This document shows, piece by piece, positions 1-7,784 of a stretch of DNA of 24,000 bases. Where the stretch lies: the NCBI RefSeq assembly GCF_022163125.1, contig NZ_CP091881.1, positions 4,156,122 to 4,180,121 on the forward strand, in the 5' to 3' direction. This DNA comes from Paenibacillus sp. HWE-109. GTDB taxonomy: Bacteria > Bacillota > Bacilli > Paenibacillales > NBRC-103111. Position numbers and translations under genes: made by a program. A model generated the notes under the pieces. It searched no databases. It was given only the letters and a program-made list of their open reading frames with translations, and was not told the DNA's origin. How positions within the stretch are numbered: the first letter of the stretch is position 1; every line of letters starts with the position of its first letter.

Positions 1-23
1 GCACATTCCTTCCCCCTGCCCAA

Positions 24-50
24 ACATCTATGAGCATTTGTCATACATTA
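24..50 (+). promoter_or_regulatory. Putative mother-cell-type (sigmaK/sigmaE-like) promoter for the tiny YjcZ-like ORF
   Basis: AC at 24-25, a 16-nt spacer, then CATACATTA at 42-50, which fits the AC-16/17-CATAnnnTA sigmaK pattern. It lies about 45 nt upstream of the ORF at 94. Motif match only. Confidence 0.3.
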
Positions 51-93
51 ATTCTGTAAGACACACGAATTCCTTACGAGAGGGTGAATTTAA

Positions 94-207
94 ATGTCAT
101 ACGTAGGTGGCGTAGGTTGTGGAACTGGTGTAGGCTACAGTAATTCTGCAGCAATTTTGGTTCTTTTCATCTTGCTCGTTATCATCACTAGCGCATTTGT
201 TTGGTAA
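94..207 (+). CDS. YjcZ-family tiny transmembrane sporulation protein (37 aa), below the ORF-track size cutoff
   Basis: ATG at 94 follows GAGAGGGTG (78-86). My translation is MSYVGGVGCGTGVGYSNSAAILVLFILLVIITSAFVW, stop 205-207. A Gly-rich N-terminus plus the ILVLFILLVII core is typical of the tiny_TM_bacill/YjcZ family. A terminator follows directly. Confidence 0.6.
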   Translation: MSYVGGVGCGTGVGYSNSAAILVLFILLVIITSAFVW

Positions 208-228
208 TCTGATTTCTAACAAATAAAC

Positions 229-257
229 AAAAGCTACCTGGAAAACAGGTAGCTTTT
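229..257. terminator. Bidirectional rho-independent terminator between convergent genes
   Basis: Perfect 12-bp stem AAAAGCTACCTG (229-240) / CAGGTAGCTTTT (246-257) with loop GAAAA. A/T runs on both sides. It sits between the + ORF ending at 207 and the - ORF ending at 289. Confidence 0.75.
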
Positions 258-288
258 GAATGTTTACTATGTAAATGAGTAATCCTTC

Positions 289-798
289 TTATTGCTCAGG
301 AATGCAAGAAATGAAGCGTTCGATCGTCCCGTCAAAAGGAAATTTATTGTCTTGAATGCGCTGCCTTAGGTGCTCCAGTTCATTTCTTGCTTGCTGAATT
401 AACGAATCTGGATATGCAAACTTCACTGCATTCACCAAGAATTCGTCTTCGTCCACAACCAGCCATTCCCCCTGCCGCCGAACATAGTCCAGATCCAAAT
501 CAACAAAGGTAACCTCATGTGGACTGCTTTTTGCCGGCTCATTAATATTGCAATAGAACTGATGGATAAGCCCATCCATAATATCGGCACTCACCGTAAA
601 CCAGGAGTCAAATGAAAAAAACTCAATGCTCCAATTATTAACCGTAAATACCTTTTGCTTCGTGTGGTGATGCAGTTTTCTCCCGTATTCACTTAAAACA
701 ATGATGTAGGTGTCCGTTCTTTCCAAGACAGTTGAGGTCCACTCATAGTGCTTGTGATTCCCGTATTTGAGCGCTTTAATTGTGATTTGATTACTCAT
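289..798 (-). CDS. DUF402-domain protein (YgaC/Ntdp-like nucleoside tri-/diphosphate phosphatase family)
   Basis: 169-aa ORF. The pattern K.G.HK.YEW ... YCNI..P ... DLDLDY......W..VDEDEF matches the DUF402 family. This gene is AT-rich (20/60 GC in line 601-660 by hand count). Confidence 0.8.
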   Translation of the reverse strand: MSNQITIKALKYGNHKHYEWTSTVLERTDTYIIVLSEYGRKLHHHTKQKVFTVNNWSIEFFSFDSWFTVSADIMDGLIHQFYCNINEPAKSSPHEVTFVDLDLDYVRRQGEWLVVDEDEFLVNAVKFAYPDSLIQQARNELEHLRQRIQDNKFPFDGTIERFISCIPEQ

Positions 799-890
799 GT
801 TTTCCAGACCTTTCTAGACATTCATACATAATATCTTCCTCTTTTTTTCATGCTAAGATTAGGTGTTTTTATGAGGAGGTAATTTTGAAA

Positions 891-1001
891 ATGAGTCTCT
901 TTCACTTAGGTTACACGCTTGCCCTCGGCATTCCGCTCGTCCTCGGCACGATTGCTATCGCTTGGCTGGTCTTTCACCGTAGGAAGAGCAAGTCACGGTA
1001 A
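891..1001 (+). CDS. Hypothetical 36-aa small membrane peptide (not in ORF track)
   Basis: AGGAGGT at 874-880 lies 10 nt before ATG 891. Translation MSLFHLGYTLALGIPLVLGTIAIAWLVFHRRKSKSR shows one TM helix and a basic tail. Stop at 999-1001, followed by a terminator at 1056-1087. The track ORF 919..1110 is in another frame and has no RBS. Confidence 0.45.
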   Translation: MSLFHLGYTLALGIPLVLGTIAIAWLVFHRRKSKSR

Positions 1002-1055
1002 GCTTTGCGCAAAGCGCCGAAGATGTTGGGTGACAAATAAATTCGAAGTGCAAGA

Positions 1056-1087
1056 AGCCAGTAAACACAAGGGTTTGCTGGCTTTTC
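1056..1087 (+). terminator. Rho-independent terminator after the 36-aa ORF
   Basis: 11-bp stem, 1056-1066 pairing with 1073-1083 (one G-U), loop ACAAGG, then a T run at 1083-1086. Confidence 0.55.
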
Positions 1088-1129
1088 TATGCCAATCCCA
1101 TTTCGAGTAACAGTGATTATAAGACCCTG

Positions 1130-1585
1130 TTAGAGCCTTGCGAACGTGATGTAATCGACTTGGGCAGGCTCTGCCGATTCGATCCGAAGTGCCCGGTTGA
1201 TCTGTCCACGGTGATATTGCCCATGTAAGAGAACCTGCAACAGGATGTCCCGGATGGACGTTTGGAACGGAACTCCGCTCTGGTTCGCATAGTCGATCAT
1301 CTCGTCCAACTCGGATTCCTCGAGCCCTTCGATATAGACGCGATATTGCACGGCGTTATCGTCGAACATCGTCCGGATCGCCACCAGGTCTTCCGCTTCC
1401 TCCCACAACGAATATTGCGTGCTGCCCTTGCCCTGCAATCGGGACAGCCAGACTCGTTCCGCCACCGCGACGTGCCGAACCAGCTTCAGAAGGTCCTTGT
1501 TCTTCTTCTCGCTCTTCTCTAGCGCATCCAAGATGCGTCCGTCCGCCCAGTACAGGTGGTCCATCATGCATTTGATCGTCTTCAT
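1130..1585 (-). CDS. DinB-family (DinB_2 four-helix-bundle, metal-dependent) protein
   Basis: 151-aa ORF with DHLYWADGRIL near the N-terminus and LLHGQYHRGQI near the C-terminus, typical of the DinB/YfiT-like superfamily. RBS GAGGGGGAAA precedes ATG 1585. GC is higher than in neighbours (34/60 in 1141-1200). Confidence 0.85.
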   Translation of the reverse strand: MKTIKCMMDHLYWADGRILDALEKSEKKNKDLLKLVRHVAVAERVWLSRLQGKGSTQYSLWEEAEDLVAIRTMFDDNAVQYRVYIEGLEESELDEMIDYANQSGVPFQTSIRDILLQVLLHGQYHRGQINRALRIESAEPAQVDYITFARL

Positions 1586-1733
1586 TTCGGTTTCCCCCTC
1601 TTCATCTCATCATTTACTTGAACGCAATTAACAACCCTGAAGTCCATTCCAGTATTTTCGAAGTATTCAAAGACTATCTATTCGATATTTGGTTAAATTG
1701 TCCTGCCCGATCCCCGTGCAATCAACCTACCAC

Positions 1734-1920
1734 TCTAATGAACTGTATGATGCTTATAGACGAGAAATTGGCTAGTTTGGCGATCTAATGAACTCAATTG
1801 GCGTTATCGAGCAACAGGTAAGCGGAATGGTGACCGTTTGCTCGAGATAACGTGATGGGAATTCATTAGATTTTCCAAATACCTCATTTTGGCTAAATAA
1901 AGGGTATTGAGTTCGTTAGT
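1734..1920. repeat. Dyad-symmetric array of four TCTAATGAACT-type motifs, including an 85-nt imperfect hairpin (1785-1869)
   Basis: Exact 11-mer at 1734-1744 and 1784-1794. Reverse-complement copies at 1859-1870 (1 mismatch) and 1909-1920 (2 mismatches). All are symmetric about ~1827. No RBS-preceded ORF in the region. Confidence 0.55.
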
Positions 1921-2006
1921 GCTTTGGTCGATCCATTATGATGGCGTAGTTCGATACGCTGAGAATAAGTTAGCTGAATGTGCTTATTTGTTTAGTGTAG
2001 GAGCGC

Positions 2007-2046
2007 AAAAAAAAGAATCACCTATCATCAGGCGATTCTTTTTTAT
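2007..2046 (-). terminator. spo0A rho-independent terminator (also looks functional on the + strand)
   Basis: Stem AAGAATCACC (2013-2022) / GGCGATTCTT (2031-2040), 10 bp with one G-U. It is flanked by an A run (2007-2014) and a T run (2039-2045), about 40 nt downstream of the spo0A stop. Confidence 0.8.
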
Positions 2047-2086
2047 TCTTCCTCAATTCACTCCCTATTCAATACTCCTAACGCTC

Positions 2087-2881
2087 TCAAGAGACCTTAT
2101 GCTCAATACGAAGCTTATCAGCCACCATCGCGATGAATTCCGAGTTCGTCGGTTTCGATTTCGAGATATTAATTGTGTAGCCGAAAATAAAGGAGATGCT
2201 GTCGATGTTGCCGCGCGTCCAAGCGACTTCAATCGCGTGACGGATCGCGCGCTCTACGCGGCTAGGCGTTGTTTTGTACTTCTCGGCAATTGCCGGGTAC
2301 AAGGTTTTCGTAATCGCACCGAGGATTTCGATATTGTTGTAGACCATCGTAATCGCTTCGCGCAGATATTGATATCCTTTAATATGTGCAGGAACGCCAA
2401 TTTCATGTATGATGCTCGTGATGTTGGCATCCAAGTTTTTGCCTTTTGGCATATGTACAACATTGGCTCGTGAAGTTGATGTTGTAGCTGTTGCTTGATT
2501 GTTGCCTACAAGCTGCCGAATCCGGTTAGTTAACGTTTCCATATCAAACGGCTTAAGTATGTAATAAGAAGCTCCAAGCTGCACAGCTTTTTGAGTAATG
2601 TTTTCTTGGCCAAATGCAGTAAGCATGATGATTTTCGGTTGGGACGGAAGATTCATTTCACGCATCTTTTCAAGTACGCCCAGACCATCCAAATGCGGCA
2701 TGATAATATCTAAAATGAGCACATCCGGCAGCTCTCGTTGTTGTTCAAGAAAGCGGAGAACTTCATTGCCGTTGTACGCTACACCTACAATTTCCATGTC
2801 TTCTTGTTCACCAATGAACTCAGACAACAAATGGGTAAACTCACGATTATCATCAGCTAGTAATACTTGAATTTTTTGCAA
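2087..2881 (-). CDS. spo0A: Sporulation master response regulator Spo0A
   Basis: 264 aa. Receiver domain ([10 protein letters not shown]...[14 protein letters not shown]) plus the Spo0A C-terminal DNA-binding domain ([20 protein letters not shown]...[15 protein letters not shown]). TTG start at 2881, 8 nt after AAAGGAGG. Confidence 0.97.
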   Translation of the reverse strand: MQKIQVLLADDNREFTHLLSEFIGEQEDMEIVGVAYNGNEVLRFLEQQRELPDVLILDIIMPHLDGLGVLEKMREMNLPSQPKIIMLTAFGQENITQKAVQLGASYYILKPFDMETLTNRIRQLVGNNQATATTSTSRANVVHMPKGKNLDANITSIIHEIGVPAHIKGYQYLREAITMVYNNIEILGAITKTLYPAIAEKYKTTPSRVERAIRHAIEVAWTRGNIDSISFIFGYTINISKSKPTNSEFIAMVADKLRIEHKVS

Positions 2882-2937
2882 CTTTAAATCCTCCTTTAGG
2901 CTATTAAACAGTTAGTTAATTCTCTCTTGTGTAAAGG

Positions 2938-3060
2938 TATTCGACACCCCAACTTAAATTCCTTCTGTCGAATATTATTTTTCTTTTCTTTTATTTCACT
3001 TTCTTATATAATAGTATATTTATCTTCTTCAAATTACATTTTTCGACATTAACACTTCAA
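2938..3060 (-). promoter_or_regulatory. spo0A control region: putative sigmaH-type and sigmaA-type promoters with three 0A boxes
   Basis: 0A-box heptamers TGTCGAA/TTCGACA at 2940-2946, 2966-2972 and 3042-3048. In minus-sense, AGGAATT (2957-2963), 13 nt, then CGAATA (2938-2943) resembles a sigmaH promoter. TTGAAG (3055-3060), 16 nt, then TGTAAT (3033-3038) resembles a sigmaA promoter with a 0A box in its spacer. The dual-promoter layout is known from B. subtilis. Confidence 0.55.
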
Positions 3061-3087
3061 AATGCATATACAGATGTAGAATGAGGT

Positions 3088-3135
3088 TAAAATAGAATAA
3101 AGAATCAAAGGCCACTAACTCGCCTTTGATTCTTT
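3088..3135 (-). terminator. spoIVB terminator whose hairpin spans the spoIVB stop codon
   Basis: Perfect 14-bp stem 3099-3112 / 3122-3135. The 9-nt loop contains the stop codon (3115-3117). In minus-sense it is followed by AUUCUAUUUU. Confidence 0.7.
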
Positions 3136-4464
3136 ATCGGGACTAGCTGATGAAGGTCTGAGGATAATTCCTGAGTCCTGCAGCATCCATTCAATGAAAC
3201 AGCCGTAGCCGCTTGTTGGATCGTTTACGAATACATGGGTCACAGCACCGATTAGTTTGCCATTTTGAATAATCGGACTGCCGCTCATGCCTTGTACGAT
3301 ACCGCCTGTTTTATCCAGCAAGCGAGGATCTGTAATTTTGATAACCATACCCTTCGTTCCCGGAAAATCTTGTTTGGACACATGAACAACTTGAATGTCA
3401 AACTTCTCAACCTTTTGACCTTCTACAACGGTGTAGATCTGTGCTGGACCTTCCTTCACTTCTTCGGCAAAAGCAACTTGAATGGCTTCTTTATCCAAGC
3501 TGTGGTCAGGTGCTGCATACATTTTGCCAAAAATACCGAAGGCGGTATTTCTCTCAATATTGCCGATTACTTTACTGTCTTTATACAGCGTAGCATGTTT
3601 CTCTCCCGGATCTCCATTGTGGCTCTTGGAGATGGATGTAACGTTCGAGTATACGATGTCGCCATCACCTACAATAATAGGTGTTTGGGTGTCCATGTCG
3701 GTAATAACGTGCCCCAGAGCGCCGTAGACGCCTTGATCAGGTGCATAGAAGGTTAAGGTACCAACACCAGCTGCGGAATCTCGAATATACAATCCTAAGC
3801 GATAAGACTTGTCCACAATGTCGTAAACAGGCTGCAGCTTCACAGAAATTTCTTCATTGTTGCGAAGAATTTTCAGATCAAGCGGCGATTTGCTCTCTCC
3901 CGATTTGGCAACCAGATCGGCAATCTTGCTTACATCCCTGGAATCCTTGCCGTTAATCTTCGTAATGAGATCGCCAACTTGAATCTTGGCTTCTTCCCCT
4001 GGCGAAACTTTTTGGTCTTGGGCAACGGTTACCAAGTGATGGCCTACAACCAAAATACCGGCAGACTTAATTTTTACGCCGATGGTTTGGCCGCCAGGAA
4101 TCACTTTCAAATCTGGCACAACGTTCACTTTAACCGTCTTGATGGGGATGGCTCCGAACAATTTGAGCTTCATTTCGGTCTGCCCAGAATGGTCGGATTG
4201 CAAAGAGATGGGTTCGTTCAGATTAACTTGAAATGAGTGCTGGGCATTGCCATTTACTTTTACAATGTCGGTATCTTTGACCGTCACTTGGGCGCTCACC
4301 GGCATCGTTAATTGTAACTGCTTCCCTTGGCCACTGAATAAGCGAAGTTCTTGAGGAAAGGAGGCAAAGCTTTGAAAAGGCGGAGACAAACTTACCATAC
4401 AAACGAAGAAGACGAGCAGGAGTCCGAACAATCTTTTTCTTTTGCTGGATTGCAATATCTTCAC
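3115..4464 (-). CDS. spoIVB: SpoIVB signalling serine peptidase (S55, PDZ domain)
   Basis: Strong colinear similarity to B. subtilis SpoIVB (LKVIPGGQTIGVK, YRLGLYIRDSAAGVGTLTFY, GALGHVITD, GGIVQGMSGSPIIQNGKLIGAVTHVFVNDPTSGYG). Start is ambiguous: GTG 4464 is only 1 nt after AAGGAG (4466-4471). An in-frame TTG at 4455 has a more workable 10-nt spacing. Confidence 0.95.
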   Translation of the reverse strand: MKILQSSKRKRLFGLLLVFFVCMVSLSPPFQSFASFPQELRLFSGQGKQLQLTMPVSAQVTVKDTDIVKVNGNAQHSFQVNLNEPISLQSDHSGQTEMKLKLFGAIPIKTVKVNVVPDLKVIPGGQTIGVKIKSAGILVVGHHLVTVAQDQKVSPGEEAKIQVGDLITKINGKDSRDVSKIADLVAKSGESKSPLDLKILRNNEEISVKLQPVYDIVDKSYRLGLYIRDSAAGVGTLTFYAPDQGVYGALGHVITDMDTQTPIIVGDGDIVYSNVTSISKSHNGDPGEKHATLYKDSKVIGNIERNTAFGIFGKMYAAPDHSLDKEAIQVAFAEEVKEGPAQIYTVVEGQKVEKFDIQVVHVSKQDFPGTKGMVIKITDPRLLDKTGGIVQGMSGSPIIQNGKLIGAVTHVFVNDPTSGYGCFIEWMLQDSGIILRPSSASPDKESKAS

Positions 4465-4573
4465 GCTCCTTCACACATCCTAGGGCCCTGACGAACATCG
4501 TCGTCAAATGCGTACCTATAAGTTAACCCCAGTCCCCCTGTTTTATAACTGAAAATGATGACTATCTATACTT

Positions 4574-6304
4574 TTATACCCTTGATTTCTTATTTCTTGC
4601 CATGGCAAGCATTTCCCCTGCGTGATGCAGCGTCGTTTCCGTCACTTCCACGCCCCCAAGCATGCGGGCTAATTCCTCAATGCGCCCCGCATCCGGCATG
4701 TCTTGAACACGCGTGAACGTTCTCTCTTGATCCACTTCTTTACGAATATAGAAATGAACATCGGCGAAGCTGGCAACTTGAGGCAAATGAGTAATTGAGA
4801 ATACTTGGCACGTTGTCGACAGCACTGACATTTTCTCAGCGATAGCTTGCGCCGCGCGACCGCTGACGCCAGTATCCACTTCATCAAAAACAAGAACAGG
4901 AATTTGATCAATCCTTGCAAAAATAGTCTTCATCGCGAGCATGATCCGTGAAAGCTCCCCGCCAGAAGCAATCTTGCTCAAGCCACGCAAGGGCTCACCT
5001 GGGTTCGGAGCCATCAGGAATTCAATTTGATCAATACCGTGACGCGAATAGCGAACTTTCTTGCCCTCAACTTCGATACCGCCTCGTTCATCGACCGCCT
5101 GCTCAACCTGGACACGGAATTGGGTCCGCTCCATTTGCAGATCACGCAGCTCATGTTCGATCTGAACACCCAACTGTTGAGCGATCCCTTTGCGCAGATT
5201 GGACAGATCCAACGCAGCCACGCTAAGCTGTTTTTCCAAGACGATCAGTTTTTCTTCTATTTTTCGGATATGCTCGTCTTTATTTTCAATGGTGTCGACT
5301 TCGGTTTTGATTTTTTCCAAATAGGTGAGGATCTCTTTAATATTCTCTCCATATTTTCGGCGAAGAGACGTGATTGTATCCAATCTTTGTTCAATAAAAT
5401 CCAATCGGGAAGAATTGAATTCAATGCCATCGCGGTAATCTCGCAGTTGATAAGCCGCGTCTTCCAGTTGATAGTAGGCGGATTGTGCTTGCTCTAAGAG
5501 TGGAGCCAAATTCGCAGGATCAAGCTGAACAATATCTTGAATACGAGAAACGGCTTTGCCGGCAGCATCTAATCCGCGATTGGTCGCGTAGAGAAAGTCA
5601 TACGCCTCCGAACTGCTCTGATACAATTTCTCCGCATTGGCGAGCTTGCGTTTCTCTTCCGCGAGTGTTTCATCCTCACCAATTTTCAACTTCGCTGCTG
5701 AAATCTCATCGATCTGGAAACGATAAAGATCTAGCATTTGCAGTGCTTGTTTGCTCGTTTCTTGAATATCGCGCAGATCCTTTTGAAGTTTCATATATTC
5801 GTCATAAGCTGCTTGATAGATTTTTTTGGCCGCCTGAATCTCCGAATCTCCGAATAAATCAAGAGAGTGCAAATGCTCTTCGACATTTAATAAAGATTGA
5901 TGTTCATGCTGCCCATGAATATTAACCAGCCATTCACCCGTTTTGCGCAGCATCGTCAAATTAACAAGTTGGCCGTTAATCCGGCTTGAACTTTTACCAG
6001 TAGCCGTAATCTCACGCCGTATAAGCAAATGTTCGCTGGAATCCGCCTGGATGCCGATTTCTGTAAGCGTATGCCAAACCGGATGTGATGGCGGCAATTC
6101 AAACATCGCTTCAATCTCCGCTTTGTCAGCGCCATACCGGACCAGGTCTGACGACCCTCTGCCCCCTACAATAAGTGTAAGCGCATCAATGATGATGGAC
6201 TTACCGGCTCCGGTTTCCCCTGTCAGGACATGAAAACCTGCTTTGAAACGAATATGTACATGTTCAATTACGGCCAAATTACGTATCGAAAGTTCTGTAA
6301 GCAT
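4574..6304 (-). CDS. recN: DNA repair protein RecN
   Basis: 576 aa. N-terminal Walker A GETGAGKS, long coiled-coil middle, C-terminal SGGELSR signature and FDEVD Walker B. Confidence 0.97.
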   Translation of the reverse strand: MLTELSIRNLAVIEHVHIRFKAGFHVLTGETGAGKSIIIDALTLIVGGRGSSDLVRYGADKAEIEAMFELPPSHPVWHTLTEIGIQADSSEHLLIRREITATGKSSSRINGQLVNLTMLRKTGEWLVNIHGQHEHQSLLNVEEHLHSLDLFGDSEIQAAKKIYQAAYDEYMKLQKDLRDIQETSKQALQMLDLYRFQIDEISAAKLKIGEDETLAEEKRKLANAEKLYQSSSEAYDFLYATNRGLDAAGKAVSRIQDIVQLDPANLAPLLEQAQSAYYQLEDAAYQLRDYRDGIEFNSSRLDFIEQRLDTITSLRRKYGENIKEILTYLEKIKTEVDTIENKDEHIRKIEEKLIVLEKQLSVAALDLSNLRKGIAQQLGVQIEHELRDLQMERTQFRVQVEQAVDERGGIEVEGKKVRYSRHGIDQIEFLMAPNPGEPLRGLSKIASGGELSRIMLAMKTIFARIDQIPVLVFDEVDTGVSGRAAQAIAEKMSVLSTTCQVFSITHLPQVASFADVHFYIRKEVDQERTFTRVQDMPDAGRIEELARMLGGVEVTETTLHHAGEMLAMARNKKSRV

Positions 6305-6319
6305 CTGCGCCTCCTGGCA

Positions 6320-6769
6320 TTAAGATAGTAAGGACATTACTTCATTAACAAACGTACCACTGTTCTCCTTGCCGCGGCAAATAACGAGAATGGTATCATC
6401 GCCACAGATCGTTCCCATGACACCATTCCACTCCAAATTATCAATAAGTGCACAGATCGTATTCGCAGTCCCCGGCAAACATTTCATTACAACCAGATTG
6501 TCGGTAGAATCAATGCTGACAAAATGATCGCTTAACGCTCTTCGCAGCCTTTGCATCGGATTGAAGCGTTGATCTGCAGGCATGGAGTATTTATAACGCC
6601 CATCATCCAAAGGAATCTTGATCAAGTGCAGCTCTTTGATATCGCGGGATACGGTTGCTTGCGTGACATGGAAACCGGCAGCTCGCAGAGATTCCACCAA
6701 TTCATCCTGTGTTTCGATCTCATTGTTCGTTATGATTTCTCTGATTTTTACATGCCTTTGACCTTTCAT
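6320..6769 (-). CDS. argR: Arginine repressor ArgR/AhrC
   Basis: 149 aa. Winged-helix N-terminus ([27 protein letters not shown]) and C-terminal oligomerisation domain ([12 protein letters not shown]). Conserved position between yqxC and recN. Confidence 0.95.
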   Translation of the reverse strand: MKGQRHVKIREIITNNEIETQDELVESLRAAGFHVTQATVSRDIKELHLIKIPLDDGRYKYSMPADQRFNPMQRLRRALSDHFVSIDSTDNLVVMKCLPGTANTICALIDNLEWNGVMGTICGDDTILVICRGKENSGTFVNEVMSLLS

Positions 6770-6865
6770 ACTTACACCTCTATGTGAAAAGTAATTTTCT
6801 GATTTTTGTTCGACGACCTAATCTCATAATTCGCGGATTTACTCGGAAAACCTTTTTATGAAGTG

Positions 6866-6909
6866 AAAAAACCCATCTCTGGGCCGCGAAAGGCGTTCGC
6901 AAAGATGAG
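6866..6909 (-). terminator. Rho-independent terminator after the tlyA-like gene
   Basis: In minus-sense, CUCAUCUUUG (6909-6900) pairs with CAGAGAUGGG (6881-6872) over 10 bp with 2 G-U, followed by U6 (A run 6866-6871 on +). Confidence 0.65.
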
Positions 6910-6910
6910 T

Positions 6911-7747
6911 TTATTTGCCATGCAATTTCTGGGCTTCTTTGACCATCTCGGCAATAAACCCTTTCAAAGACGCGGCGTCAACATAAGAAGCTTCACCTTG
7001 GGAATCACTTGACCAATAAGCCAGGAATTCAATGTTCCCTTCGCCGCCAGTAATGGGAGAATACGTCAACCCTTTTAATCGAAATCCAAGCTCTTCTGCA
7101 AACGTAAGCACTGTATGAAGAACTTCCGCATGAACAGCCGGATCGCGGACGACTCCGGACTTGCCGACTTTTTCTCGGCCAGCTTCGAATTGAGGTTTGA
7201 TTAAAGCAACAACATGCCCTTGATCCAATAAGATCTCCTTGAGCGGCGGCAGAATGATGCGCAATGAAATGAAGGAAACGTCAATACTTGCAAACGTTGG
7301 TCGCGGCCCGTTCAGATCTTCGACTTTCGTATAACGGAAATTCGTTCTCTCCATCACGTGGACCCGCTCATCATTGCGCAGCGACCAGTCCAATTGGTTA
7401 TAACCGACATCAACCGCATACACGGATGACGCCCCATTTTGCAGCGCGCAGTCGGTGAAGCCTCCTGTTGAAGCTCCAATATCCAACATAACGGCCCCGT
7501 TCAAATCAATGCTGAATTGTTTGAGCGCTTTCTCCAACTTAAGTCCGCCTCTACTGACGTAAGGATGCAGCGCACCCTTCACTCTCAATACAGCTTTCCG
7601 ACTAATCTTCATGCCGGCTTTGTCTGCAGGTTCTTCATCAGCAAAAACAAGGCCTGCCATAATGGCGGCCTTTGCTTTTTCTCTGCTTTCGAAATAGCCT
7701 TGTTCAAGAAGCAATATATCTACCCGTTCTTTATCTGATGCTGACAT
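6911..7747 (-). CDS. tlyA: TlyA-family rRNA 2'-O-methyltransferase (S4 domain + FtsJ-like MTase; B. subtilis YqxC homolog)
   Basis: 278 aa. S4-like N-terminus (RVDILLLEQGYFESREKAKAAIMAG), SAM motif LDIGASTGGFTDC, and conserved synteny. Confidence 0.9.
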   Translation of the reverse strand: MSASDKERVDILLLEQGYFESREKAKAAIMAGLVFADEEPADKAGMKISRKAVLRVKGALHPYVSRGGLKLEKALKQFSIDLNGAVMLDIGASTGGFTDCALQNGASSVYAVDVGYNQLDWSLRNDERVHVMERTNFRYTKVEDLNGPRPTFASIDVSFISLRIILPPLKEILLDQGHVVALIKPQFEAGREKVGKSGVVRDPAVHAEVLHTVLTFAEELGFRLKGLTYSPITGGEGNIEFLAYWSSDSQGEASYVDAASLKGFIAEMVKEAQKLHGK

Positions 7748-7784
7748 TGTGTTTGTGTAACTCCTATTCGTATCGTTACGAGGC

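Noticed and set aside
919-1110. 63-aa + strand track ORF
   Set aside because: No RBS. The product is Arg/Ser-rich and reads through the terminator stem at 1056-1087. The RBS-preceded 36-aa ORF at 891-1001 in another frame explains the locus better.
1620-1700. LexA/Cheo box (CGAAC-N4-GTTCG) upstream of the dinB-like gene
   Set aside because: Sequences such as CGAAGTATTC and CGAATAGATAGTC contain only one half-site. There is no acceptable palindrome, and DinB-family membership does not imply SOS control.
1907-2473. 188-aa + strand ORF starting in the spacer and running antisense into spo0A
   Set aside because: The TTG start has only a 2-nt gap after a weak AAAGGG. The ORF reads straight through the spo0A terminator hairpin and the conserved Spo0A C-terminal domain on the opposite strand.
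4465-4573. SigmaF/sigmaG promoter for spoIVB and a terminator after recN
   Set aside because: I could not align any segment convincingly to the GTATA/GHATR -35 and CATnnTA/GGnnAnAHT -10 patterns at proper spacing. No stable stem plus U tract follows recN, so I make no call.
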